Shown one piece after another: positions 1 through 10,000 of a stretch of 56,075 nucleotides of DNA. The notes under the pieces are model-generated. The model was not told the origin of the DNA. It searched no databases and saw nothing but the letters and a program-made list of their open reading frames with translations. Made by a program: the position numbers and the translations under genes. How positions within the stretch are numbered: the stretch's first letter is position 1; every line of letters starts with the position of its first letter. Source of the DNA: Candidatus Heimdallarchaeota archaeon (GTDB lineage: Archaea; Asgardarchaeota; Heimdallarchaeia; JABLTI01); the NCBI GenBank assembly GCA_019056785.1, contig DXJV01000045.1:1-56075 (forward strand), written 5' to 3'.

Positions 1-132
1 ATGGGGCTTTTTTAAATTAACTTTTAATTCCCCATCAAATACAACCCTCCCGCCAACCATAACGAGCTTTACCCTTATTTTCTCGAGGTCTTCAAACATT
101 ACTACCATCTTCTCTTTACAATTTCCTTCCAT
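1..132 (-). CDS. Partial CDS (N-terminus; runs off the window edge), unknown function
   Basis: Manual translation gives an open frame from ATG at 132 (alternative ATGs at 108 and 99) to base 1: ...MFEDLEKIRVKLVMVGGRVVFDGELKVNLKKPH. Co-directional with the adjacent DMT gene. Confidence 0.4.
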   Translation of the reverse strand, partial: MEGNCKEKMVVMFEDLEKIRVKLVMVGGRVVFDGELKVNLKKPH

Positions 133-188
133 GAAATATTATTATTTCCATTCACAGATTCTCTTTTTAATGGAAACCACTCTTTCTC

Positions 189-1247
189 TTAGAGGATTAA
201 AATAACGAGGATATTTCCCCCAATGGTTAAAACTGTTACTAAGATGATCTTCCAATCGACTTTCTCTTTCAAGAAAAGGATGGATAAGGGTGTTGCAACG
301 AGAGGGCCTGAAGCCGCAATTGCCGATGGTGTTGAAGTACCAATTAAGTCAAGAGCTTTAAGATAAAAAATGTTTGCAACAAATAAACTCAATAGTGCTG
401 CAAGTGCAACAAGTGCAAACGATTTCCAAGTGATTTTCTTCACCTTTTTGTGTTCCTTTGTGGCATAAAAAAGCCCGACAGAAAGGGGAATTAAAAAGAT
501 CAATCTTCCGGCATTAATAGGAATAATTCCAACATCTGTGTTATTCAAACCATATTTTATTAATGTCGAACCTGAGGCCCAAGTAATGGAACTTAGGGTT
601 GCAAGTATAACCCCCAGAACTGCAGCTTGTTTTGGGAGATGCTTTACTGTAACTTTCGCGTCTTTTTTTGCGTGACTGTTAGAAGATACATCAGGTAAAC
701 TGGCAGCATTTTTACCGGTTGGCGATGTTTCTAACTCTTTTTCAAGCCTTTGTTGCTCTTGTCTGGCGGGCTCTTTTTCGAAAAGCATTTCTTTGTTATT
801 TTCTTTAACATTTATCTGTGAGAAAGAAATTAAGACCACTCCAACAATTATAAGCACAATTCCCGCAGCTTTCTTCCAATTAAAAGTTGCCCCGAGAAAG
901 AGGATTTCAAGGATATATGTTAAAAAAGGGTATGTCATTGTAATTGGGTAAGCTTTTGAAACACCTATCAATTGCATACTAATAAGATAGAAATAATTGC
1001 CGGCAATAATGCCCATAATTGCTGCGAAAACAAACGCGAGGAAGGGGAAAAGTGGGATTGTGAAAATCTCTCGGAAATCACCCATGGCACTGACAAGAAC
1101 AATGAAAGCCAACCAAGAAATAACAGAGTTAATAATCACCATTAATGCTGGTTTGATTTTCTCCCCTTGAGACTTGTAAATTACAGCTGAAATCCCGGAA
1201 AGGATCATATTCCCAAAAGCTGCTAATATTCCTAACCAGTTCAACAA
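189..1247 (-). CDS. DMT/EamA family transporter (two EamA repeats with a long hydrophilic linker)
   Basis: About 10 hydrophobic helices in two repeats; typical ends 'ILFLGATFNWKKAAGIVLIIVGV' and 'ILFLKEKVDWKII'. Confidence 0.88.
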   Translation of the reverse strand: MLNWLGILAAFGNMILSGISAVIYKSQGEKIKPALMVIINSVISWLAFIVLVSAMGDFREIFTIPLFPFLAFVFAAIMGIIAGNYFYLISMQLIGVSKAYPITMTYPFLTYILEILFLGATFNWKKAAGIVLIIVGVVLISFSQINVKENNKEMLFEKEPARQEQQRLEKELETSPTGKNAASLPDVSSNSHAKKDAKVTVKHLPKQAAVLGVILATLSSITWASGSTLIKYGLNNTDVGIIPINAGRLIFLIPLSVGLFYATKEHKKVKKITWKSFALVALAALLSLFVANIFYLKALDLIGTSTPSAIAASGPLVATPLSILFLKEKVDWKIILVTVLTIGGNILVILIL

Positions 1248-1412
1248 GATTCACAACTTTCTCAATACATAGTTCTTTTTGAATTCTTCCGTCAGTAGAG
1301 AAAAAATTTCTCTGTTATAGAAAGACACTTTTGAAGAACAATAGCCAATTTTTAAAGCTAAAAGCTGTTTACTTTAGAATGAAAAAAATTTAATAGTAAT
1401 TAAAAGTATGAG

Positions 1413-1667
1413 ATGGTTAAAATGAGAGACGAAATACTAAAAGACGAGGAAATGAATTGCATTTATCAAATTCTCAAAAAAGAGAACAATATAACTTCAC
1501 GAAGGATTCTTGAACTAGCAACAACAGAGGAATTTGAGGATATTTGCACCGGCTGCGTTTCAGGCGATTCATTTTTACGTGCAGTAAAAAAGATGGAACA
1601 ACTGGGAGTCATTAAATCATCTTTAGGTAAAGGAGGGTATCGATGGGAATTAATTGCGAAAGAATAA
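1413..1667 (+). CDS. Small winged-HTH-like protein with CxxC (paralog 1)
   Basis: Helix-helix-helix-beta-hairpin pattern, CTGC and terminal KGGYRW; aligns by eye with the next ORF. Confidence 0.6.
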   Translation: MVKMRDEILKDEEMNCIYQILKKENNITSRRILELATTEEFEDICTGCVSGDSFLRAVKKMEQLGVIKSSLGKGGYRWELIAKE

Positions 1668-1670
1668 ATT

Positions 1671-1997
1671 GTGTTTAATATGCGCTATTACGACGACCAA
1701 GAAAAGGAAATAAACGGAAGAGACTTTACGACGAAGGAAAGAGTTTTAGCTGAACTTTATAACAAAGGAGCCTCAAAGGAGGCGATTTGTGTCTACAAAA
1801 TCCTTTTGAAAAGAAAAACGATTTTGAGTAGTGAAATTATTTCAATTGCTTCGTCTGCAGAATTTGCCAAAGATTGTTTGCTCTGTGCGTCTGCAGATGG
1901 CCTTTATCGTGGATTGAAAGATCTTCAAGAATGGGGGTATTGTATTTGTTTCTTACAAAAAGGAGGCTATGCTTGGGGGCTTACAAGCAACAAATGA
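1671..1997 (+). CDS. Small winged-HTH-like protein with CxxC (paralog 2)
   Basis: CLLC and terminal KGGYAW; clear similarity to 1413..1667; 3-bp gap. Confidence 0.6.
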   Translation: MFNMRYYDDQEKEINGRDFTTKERVLAELYNKGASKEAICVYKILLKRKTILSSEIISIASSAEFAKDCLLCASADGLYRGLKDLQEWGYCICFLQKGGYAWGLTSNK

Positions 1998-2024
1998 AAA
2001 GGAAAAAGAGAGAAAAATTGTTTT

Positions 2025-2780
2025 TTATTGATATTCCATAATTGTCAATTGTCCTGCAGAAACTGTCATTGCCATTGGTTTCTTACTGTAGGAATATGAC
2101 CCTCGCAACTTTATAATCTTGATTGTACTGTATGTTTCATCGGTTGCAGAGATGCGTATTACACCATCAACGAGATGTTCTATTGCCTTACGATCTTTAT
2201 CGTCATGAATGTCTTGATGCAAGGTCATTAATGTAACTGTGTTATCTTCTTTATTGGTGGCAATTCTACTTTGTATGAATGAGAGGGCGGTCCGTAGGTC
2301 TTCACTTGATAATAAAATAGTGGAGATGCTATCTATGAGACCCCGGCAAAGAATTTGTTGATTTTGTGTGTGAAGCATTGCCCTTCGAATGGCTTCGTTG
2401 ACATCTCGTGGTTGCCGCAAGTTTTTCACGACGTTTTTGAATTTAGACTGGATGTCTGAGTAGCCGTAAGGATTGGAAAAAGCGTCGATATAGACCAATC
2501 GCTCTGTCTCGAGTAAAATATCAGCATTAATACCTAAAACCCGCATGTTATCATCATAATATTTGAACGGATGTTCTGTTCCAAGAATATAGGATGTTTC
2601 TGCTCCTCTCAGCCCTTCAGTTATGAAATGGAGAGCAACTAAATCTGCTTGAACACCGATTTCATCTTCTAGTAAAATTACTGAGCCTCTCGAGACACCT
2701 CCACCTAAAGCAGCATCTAAAATTGGGAGCCCAAATCTTGCAGGAGCACTTTCATTCAACGCCAACATGTTTTCCTCCAA
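2025..2780 (-). CDS. KaiC/RAD55-like RecA-superfamily protein with degenerate Walker A
   Basis: 'FGLPILDAALGGGVSRGSVILL' start, 'YIDAF', 'IDSIS', 'IEHLVDGVI', 'IIKLRG'; the P-loop reads EDEIGVQAD (no GKT/S). Confidence 0.85.
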   Translation of the reverse strand: MEENMLALNESAPARFGLPILDAALGGGVSRGSVILLEDEIGVQADLVALHFITEGLRGAETSYILGTEHPFKYYDDNMRVLGINADILLETERLVYIDAFSNPYGYSDIQSKFKNVVKNLRQPRDVNEAIRRAMLHTQNQQILCRGLIDSISTILLSSEDLRTALSFIQSRIATNKEDNTVTLMTLHQDIHDDKDRKAIEHLVDGVIRISATDETYSTIKIIKLRGSYSYSKKPMAMTVSAGQLTIMEYQ

Positions 2781-2998
2781 AGTTAAACATTTACTTCTTT
2801 TACTGTAGTAAACTTCTTTCCTATATTTAAGTAATTTACTTATTACAGTATTAGCTTATTTACTTAAAACTTCTTTGGAAGAAGCTTCACAAACTTTTTT
2901 CTGACAGAAGAGTGGCTTTTCATTTGCCCTTAAAAAATCTTAAAAAGAGTGAAGTAAAGTAATTGTATGAAACAGTTGATAGTTGGTGAATTTTTCAG

Positions 2999-4087
2999 AT
3001 GAAAGTTTTAATTACCGGCGGAACAGGATTTGTTGGGGGAAAACTCATAGAAGAATTAGTTGCAGAGCAAGAAAAATGGGGCATTAAGAAGGAGGAGATC
3101 TATGCACTCGTTCGAGAAACAAGCCACATTGATCATTTAAAGAAACTGGGTATCAATCTCATTCAAGGCGATTTAACTGACAAACCCTCGTTACAAGAAG
3201 CAGTAAAAGGGAAAGAACTACTCTTCCATCTCGGTGCCGTTGTTCTGGACCAATCTGATCCGAAAATGCTGCAAAAAGTTAATGTTGAAGGAACAAAGAA
3301 TTTGGTGGAAGCATTTAAAAGCGAGCCGGAAGCCAGAAAGTTTGTTTTCATTTCCACTTGGGGCGTCTATGGTTACAAAGTCAAATCAAAACCAATGCTG
3401 GAGACTCAACCCTTAAACCCTACAAATGACTATCACAAGTCGAAAGTGGCTGCAGAACAAGTTTTGAAAACTGCCTTAAGTGGAACCGCTATTAACCTTG
3501 CCATTGTCCGGTTACCCATGATTCTTGGCCCTGGGGATACGCTTACTACCCCCCGAGTTATTCAAGCCTTTTTTGATAAAAAGGTGAAAATGATTGGCAA
3601 CGGGAAGAACTTATTTTCAGCTGTTCATGTGAAAGATGCTGCACAAGCCATTTTAACTGTCGGCTTTAAGATAAAAGGGCGCTTCAAAATTTACAATGTG
3701 AAAAGTTTTGACATTTCCCAGAAAGATTATTGGGCTGCACATATGAAGGAAATAAATTACACAGATAAAATCAATATGTTTCCAAAATGGCTGGCAATGC
3801 TTTATGCTTGGACAAAGGAAGTTGGAGCAAAAATTAAGGGGCAAGGAAAGCCCACTTTATCTCGTCACCGAGTCATGCGTTATGGAAACACTCGCATTTT
3901 AGACATCACGCAAATACAGAAAGATTTTCAATGGAAACCGGAATTCACAGATGGTATTAAAGTTATACAGGATACCGTTCAATGGCTTATCGAAAACGAT
4001 TTCGTTGACTTTGAGCACAAGGAAGTGCGGCTACTACGCCGATGGGAAGACGCTCTTAAACGAAAGAAAAACATGAAGAAGAGTTAA
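2999..4087 (+). CDS. Extended SDR NAD-dependent epimerase/dehydratase (3-beta-HSD-like)
   Basis: TGGTGFVG Rossmann motif, 'VNVEGT', YHKSK catalytic YxxxK, 'ILGPGD'. Confidence 0.88.
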   Translation: MKVLITGGTGFVGGKLIEELVAEQEKWGIKKEEIYALVRETSHIDHLKKLGINLIQGDLTDKPSLQEAVKGKELLFHLGAVVLDQSDPKMLQKVNVEGTKNLVEAFKSEPEARKFVFISTWGVYGYKVKSKPMLETQPLNPTNDYHKSKVAAEQVLKTALSGTAINLAIVRLPMILGPGDTLTTPRVIQAFFDKKVKMIGNGKNLFSAVHVKDAAQAILTVGFKIKGRFKIYNVKSFDISQKDYWAAHMKEINYTDKINMFPKWLAMLYAWTKEVGAKIKGQGKPTLSRHRVMRYGNTRILDITQIQKDFQWKPEFTDGIKVIQDTVQWLIENDFVDFEHKEVRLLRRWEDALKRKKNMKKS

Positions 4088-5355
4088 TCATCCATTAATT
4101 TGCTCACTATTTCAACCAAATCAAAAAGCTCGAATGTTAGCTCTGGATTGTTTTTCTGAAAGCCATATAAACAAGTTGGACAACTCGTAATTATCGTTTG
4201 TATTCCTTCGTCTTGGAATTCTGCAAGTCGCTTTGTGGCAATTGCATCTGCAAGTTGGTGATTAGCAATATTCACAAGCCCACCGAAACCACAACAATGC
4301 GTCTGCTCTTTTGAATAGGTTATCTCTTTGAACTGTTCCTGAAAGATTGTAGCTAAAAGGTTGTATGCTTCATCATATATGTGCAATTTCCGGCTAAGGA
4401 CACAAGGATCGTGATAGCCTATTGGTCCTGACTCGAGTATTTTCTCTATTTTTTTATTGGAAAAACGGAAACTCAACTTTTCTTTCTCGAAGAGGTCCCA
4501 GAGCCATTCAACAACATGAAGAACTGGCAGCTTAACTTTGCTGCCCAATTCTGGATATTTTTCTTTAAGAGTATAGGCACACTCTGGGCATTCACAGAGA
4601 ATGGCCTTTGCTTTTGACTTTTTGAAAAGTTCTTTATTGTGCTTTGCTAATTCTTTTGCCTTTTCTCGGTCTCCAAGATATAAGGAAGGCGCACCACAAC
4701 ATACATGTTCGTCTGTTAAAGAAACCAGTTTCACACCTGCTTTTTTTGCAATCTGAATAATTCCTTCAATTACTTCAGGATGGTTTCGCATAGTCACACA
4801 CCCCGGAAAATAATAGAGCTCACCTTCCTTCGGAAGAGCATGTAAAAGTTTTGTGGCTTTCTTTAACTGTTCTTTTTGATAAAGGCCATTATTTGTTTGA
4901 ATTCGAATTGTAAAGTCTTGAAGCTTTTGGGGGTACTTCTTTAAATTTTGGAAGAGATCAACAGTTACATCCTCTAACAAATCGCCTACTGCAAAATCAA
5001 AAGGACACCATGCTTTACAAGCGGAACAATGCAAACACCCCTCAAACAAAGGTTGTAATGTCTCTGCTGATTTATCGAGTAAATTCATCTCGAGATAATA
5101 AGCGATGCGACTCTTGATTGCTGGTGAATGTGTTTCTATTTTCGAGGTTTCTACCACAGGACATTCGAAACGGCACATATTTGGGCAGAGCATGCAATAG
5201 ATCAAATTCGTAATGTCAGCCTGAACTTTTTTGGTGGGATAAAATTGCTTTTTATTAAGAAATCCTTTCGTTAAGCTTGTTTTCTCTGCGAGGCTTGCTT
5301 GAGCAAGCGCTTGGATCATCCATTTTTTTCGCTTCACTTTATCGACGATTCTCAT
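4084..5355 (-). CDS. Fe-S oxidoreductase, GlpC/HdrD-like (two ferredoxin-type motifs plus two CCG domains)
   Basis: CMLCPNMCRFECP, CLHCSACKAWCP, FPGC..CCG..CPEC and YHDPC..CCG..SCPTC; 4-bp overlap with the upstream flavoprotein gene. Confidence 0.88.
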   Translation of the reverse strand: MRIVDKVKRKKWMIQALAQASLAEKTSLTKGFLNKKQFYPTKKVQADITNLIYCMLCPNMCRFECPVVETSKIETHSPAIKSRIAYYLEMNLLDKSAETLQPLFEGCLHCSACKAWCPFDFAVGDLLEDVTVDLFQNLKKYPQKLQDFTIRIQTNNGLYQKEQLKKATKLLHALPKEGELYYFPGCVTMRNHPEVIEGIIQIAKKAGVKLVSLTDEHVCCGAPSLYLGDREKAKELAKHNKELFKKSKAKAILCECPECAYTLKEKYPELGSKVKLPVLHVVEWLWDLFEKEKLSFRFSNKKIEKILESGPIGYHDPCVLSRKLHIYDEAYNLLATIFQEQFKEITYSKEQTHCCGFGGLVNIANHQLADAIATKRLAEFQDEGIQTIITSCPTCLYGFQKNNPELTFELFDLVEIVSKLMDD

Positions 5356-6824
5356 TTTTCTTTTTGCTCCTTTTTACCCACTTCATGCAAGAACAATTTT
5401 CCAGGGTTAAGTATGTTGTTTGGGTCAAGGCTTTTTTTAATTCTCTTGATAACATCATATGCCGCGCCCCATTCATCTTTCATCCATTGCAAACGGTTTA
5501 GTCCGATCGAATGGTGATGCGCAATTGTCCCACCAATTTGTAGTGTTGTTTCTATACACGCTTTCCAAACAGTTCGGTAATATTCCTCCTCTGTTTGTTT
5601 AACTGCTGTACCACCAAAGCTAAAATAAAAGCAGACACCTTGTTCATAAAAGTGGGAAGCATGGCCTGTTGCTAAAACTGTTCCTGGTACAGCATTCATA
5701 CTTGCAATCACAGATTGGTAGAGTTTGTTCGCTTTGTCCCACATAACCGCTACCTCGATGGTATCAACTACCAAATTAAGAGGAATTAGTGTTGACGATT
5801 CTTTAACATTGAACCTTGTAGCAAACCAGTGTTCAACAGGAGCACTACCACAAGCAACTCCTTCACAACTGCGACTTTTTTCAGAAACAATGCTTGCTTC
5901 AAATTCAGCGATTTGTTGTGACCCTTCACAGACAAAAATTGTCATGCAACGATCTTTGGCATTTGCTTCTGTTAGGAAATGCCGAGCGGTTTCATTGGCA
6001 TCATAGATACGTATGACTGCAGGATAGACTTGAGATTGCAGGATACTTCTAACAGCCTCGAGTGCTTGTGCCATCGAAGGAAAGGCATAGGAAATAAGAA
6101 CTCTTTTCTCCGGCAAAGGCCAAATCCGGACAGTTACTTCGGTGATGATTGCTAGTGTTCCTTCCGAGCCGATTAAAAATTTATCCAGTTGTGGTCCTAT
6201 GGATTTTCTGGGTGCGGGTTTTGACTTGATAATTGTTCCGTCAGGTAAGACAGCTTCTAAACTCAAAATCATGTCTTCAATTTTCCCATACTTTGTTGAA
6301 AACTGTCCTGCAGCTTTATGAGCTAAATACCCTCCCAGTGTCGAAGTATAAACGCTTTGAGGGATATGCCCCATTGTGAACCCTTTGGAGTTTAGTGTCC
6401 GTTCGAGATTCATACCATTTATGCCTGTTTGAATGGTTGCTGTGAGATTTACTTTGTTAATCTCAACAATTTTATCCATTTTTTTCATATCAACAATAAT
6501 ACCGCCATGAATTGGAAGGGCTCCACCCACAACACCACTTCCTGAGCCGAAAGGGATAACTGGTACTTTCTCTGCTGTTGCCATTTTTAACAGCTTAGAG
6601 ATTTGCTTGACATTTTCCGGCCAGACAATGAAGTCCGGTTTTGCGGCAATTTTTCCTTTCAAAAGCCAGTGGGAAGCAATTAATGAAAAATCCTTCCCAT
6701 ATGCAAAGAGATCCACTTCTTTATCAGAGACATTTTTCAAGCCAAATATCTCAAGCAATTTTTGTTTTACAACTTTTTTATCATAAACCCAATTAGCATT
6801 CTCATAGACAATTTCCGGTGGCAC
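5352..6824 (-). CDS. FAD-linked oxidase (VAO/PCMH fold), alkyl-DHAP synthase/YgcU-like
   Basis: PFGSGSGVVGG, GHIPQS..STLGG, GQFSTKYGKIED, GSEGTL, 'IRIYD', 'HASHFY..GVCFYF', 'HHHSIG', 'LDPNNILNPGK'. Confidence 0.85.
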   Translation of the reverse strand: MPPEIVYENANWVYDKKVVKQKLLEIFGLKNVSDKEVDLFAYGKDFSLIASHWLLKGKIAAKPDFIVWPENVKQISKLLKMATAEKVPVIPFGSGSGVVGGALPIHGGIIVDMKKMDKIVEINKVNLTATIQTGINGMNLERTLNSKGFTMGHIPQSVYTSTLGGYLAHKAAGQFSTKYGKIEDMILSLEAVLPDGTIIKSKPAPRKSIGPQLDKFLIGSEGTLAIITEVTVRIWPLPEKRVLISYAFPSMAQALEAVRSILQSQVYPAVIRIYDANETARHFLTEANAKDRCMTIFVCEGSQQIAEFEASIVSEKSRSCEGVACGSAPVEHWFATRFNVKESSTLIPLNLVVDTIEVAVMWDKANKLYQSVIASMNAVPGTVLATGHASHFYEQGVCFYFSFGGTAVKQTEEEYYRTVWKACIETTLQIGGTIAHHHSIGLNRLQWMKDEWGAAYDVIKRIKKSLDPNNILNPGKLFLHEVGKKEQKEK

Positions 6825-6934
6825 GATTTTTTCCTCTTAAGAATTCACTTCTTACTTTTAATTACAAACCTATTTCTTTAATCTTTTTGCCTACTTCAAA
6901 GTTTTTTTTAATCGATTAGTTTTATATTTAGCCA

Positions 6935-6950
6935 TTACAACAGTTTGTAA
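6935..6950. promoter_or_regulatory. Palindromic candidate operator TTACAA-N4-TTGTAA
   Basis: Perfect 6-bp inverted repeat in the divergent intergenic region between the flavoprotein operon and the histidine kinase. Confidence 0.35.
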
Positions 6951-7034
6951 CAGGCATGTGATGATAGAAACACAACAAAATAATAAATAGCCAGAATTAT
7001 AGAAGAGTTAATCAGATTTCCCAAGGTAGTAACA

Positions 7035-10000
7035 GTGTCAGAAGTAAAAATTCTTTTGGTAGATGACGAAGAAACTTTATTAGAAATTTCGAAAGTTTAC
7101 ATCGAAAAGCTAGATGAAAGTTTTCGAATTCATACAGTCAAGTCTGCAAAAGAAGCAATTAAATTACTGAAAAAAACTCCTTTTGATGTTATTATCTCTG
7201 ACTATCAAATGCCAGAAATAGATGGCTTGAAATTCCTTTCAATTTTACGTGAGCAAGACTATGACATTCCTTTCATAATTTTTACCGGGAAAGGTAGAGA
7301 AGAAGTGGCAATTCAAGCATTAAACTTGGGTGCTGATTACTATTTACAAAAGGGAGGAGAAACCGACACCCAATTTCATGAATTAGCAAACTTAATTCGG
7401 AAATTAGTCGAGCAAAAACAAGCTGAAAAAGCTCGGCTTCATCTTTTAAATCAACAGATCAGCATTAACAAACTTGCCGTAACTTTAGGGGAAAGTCGAG
7501 ACCTAAACAAGATCTACAAAACCATTTTCAAACACATTTATTCGATTATGGATGCAGATACTTTTGTCGTTTCTTTTTATGATAGTAAATCCAACATCAT
7601 TTCCCCCGGGTATGCATTAATAAACCGCAAAGTTATAGATATCACCGTTTTTCCTGCCTTGCCACTTGAACACCCGGAAAATGAGATTCGAAAGAAAGTC
7701 ATCGAAACAAACAATTACGTTTATTTAGAAAACTTGAGAAGGGATAAATCTGGTCAAGAAAAGATGACCATCCGCAACCAGGCTGAATATACAAAATCCG
7801 CTGTTTTTGTTCCTATGAAAATTGGTGGCGAAACAATTGGAATAATTGAGGTGCATAGTTACCAGGCAAATGCTTATTCCGAACAAGATATTGAGCTCCT
7901 CTCTGCCCTTGCCAATGTTGCAGCTGTTGCCATTCAAAATGCTCGGTTGTTCAACATGCAACAAGATATCAACGAACAACTACAGCAAGAGAAAGAACGA
8001 ACACAAGCAATGCTTGATCTCATAGAAGCCCTTGTTCTTGTGTTAAACAAGAATGGCATTATTCAACGCATTAATCGTAAAGGGTGTGAAATCTTAGGCT
8101 ATACAGAAGAGGAAATATTGGGAAAGAATTGGATTGAAACCTTTTTACCTGAAGAATATCGCAAGAAAGTAAGACAACGAATAAAAAAAATTATTAAAAC
8201 CGGGGAGATTCTTTCGGTCAACATTAATCCGATAATCACTAAGGATGGCTCAGAAGTGATGATTTCTTGGAAGACGAGCATCCTTCCTGAGAAAATTGAT
8301 GGGATAGAATGTGTTTTAAGCACTGGTGTCGAAATTACTGATGAACTTGTAAAAGAAACGGAACGACTCCAAGAAGAAGAACATTATAAATATTTAACAA
8401 AAATGTCTGAAGAAGGGTTAATTATTCTTCAAGACAATAAAATAAAATTTATGAACAAAAACATGCGTAGTATTCTTGGGCTTGGAAAGGAAGAGTTGAT
8501 TGACCTTGATCCAGAGCCATTTTTACGGGGGAAGGATAAAGAGCGTTTTATTGACTTGCTAGCTACTTACAAAGAAACGGGTCACTTACCGAAAGAATTT
8601 CAATGTTGGATTTTTTCTAAAAACAATGTCAAAAAATACATCCATAACTCAATTATTTCAGTTAAAACCCCTGATGGGGCTAACCGGTATTATATTCTTG
8701 TAAAAGACATCACTGAAAAGAAACTGGCAGAGATTGCTTTGGAATCTTCCGAAAGAAAATTGCGGACAACTCTAAATGCTTTCCCATACCCGATGCATGT
8801 TGTTAATAGAAACTTGCAATTTATTATTTATAACCAAGCCATGAAGGAATGGCTAGAAAATTTAAACCTTGACATTGCCTTAGATGGAAAAACTGTTTAC
8901 GAAGCATTTCCTTTTCTCCCTCAAGAAGTAATCGATGAATATCAATACGTCTTTGATACAGGAAAAACTGTCTATAAAAAGGATTGCACTGTACTTAACG
9001 GGAGAGAAATTTTCACGGAAACGAGAAAATATCCTGTGATCGAAAAGGACAAAGTAATTTCTGTTATAACAATTATTCGTGATGTTTCCAAAGAAATCCA
9101 AATTGAACAACAATTACAAAAGAACGAAGAGACTCTACGCTTATTATTTGAAAGTTCGAGCGACGGCATCCTAATTTTGGATCAAGAGGACAATATTCTT
9201 AATGCCAATAAAAAAGCAATGGAATTCCTTGATGAAATTAAAGAAAATCTCATTAAAGCCAGCTTTAGAGATTTCCTTGATAAAAAACAGCTGAAGATTT
9301 TTACAGAGTTTAAAAAAGAACTCGAAACGAAAAAAGAAAGCAAACTTGAATTGACACTCAAAACAAAAAACAACAAGTTAATGATTACAGAAATTTCAGC
9401 CGGCTATACGAAAATTGGCAAAGAAAAGTTACTCCAGCTGATCATTCGTGACATTCAAGAGCGCAAGATTGTTGAAGAAAATCAACAAAAATACGTTAGG
9501 GATTTACAATTCCTTTCCAAAACCGCCATGGAATTCATTGGATATTTGACAGAAGATAATCTTTTCAACTATGTCGGGGATAAGATTATATCCATTTTAA
9601 AAGATGCTACAGTAATGCTTTTCGCATCAGATGGAGATAACGAAGTAACAATCAAATATTTAGCAGGGTTAGGTTCACAACACAAATTGTTGCAGAATGC
9701 ACTAAAACGTGAAATTATTGGAATGAAAATTAAACTCACACCTAAGATGATCGTTCTCCTTAAGAAACAAAAACTTTTTGAAATAGAAGATGACTATGCG
9801 GAATTAATTAAGAACGCCCTTCCAAAAAAAATTGTTGATGGTATACTCAAAAGATTGAATATCGAACATATTTATTTACGTCATTTCAACTCTAAAGAAC
9901 ACACCTTTGTTGCTGGAATTAACATTTTTATGCATAAGAAAAGGAAGTTGGAGAATTATGAGCTCATCGAGGCATTTTTAAGTCAAGCATCGATAGCTTT

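Noticed and set aside
1-132. Ubiquitin-like/MoaD beta-grasp identity for the edge ORF
   Set aside because: Only about 35-44 residues are visible and the diagnostic C-terminus lies outside the window.
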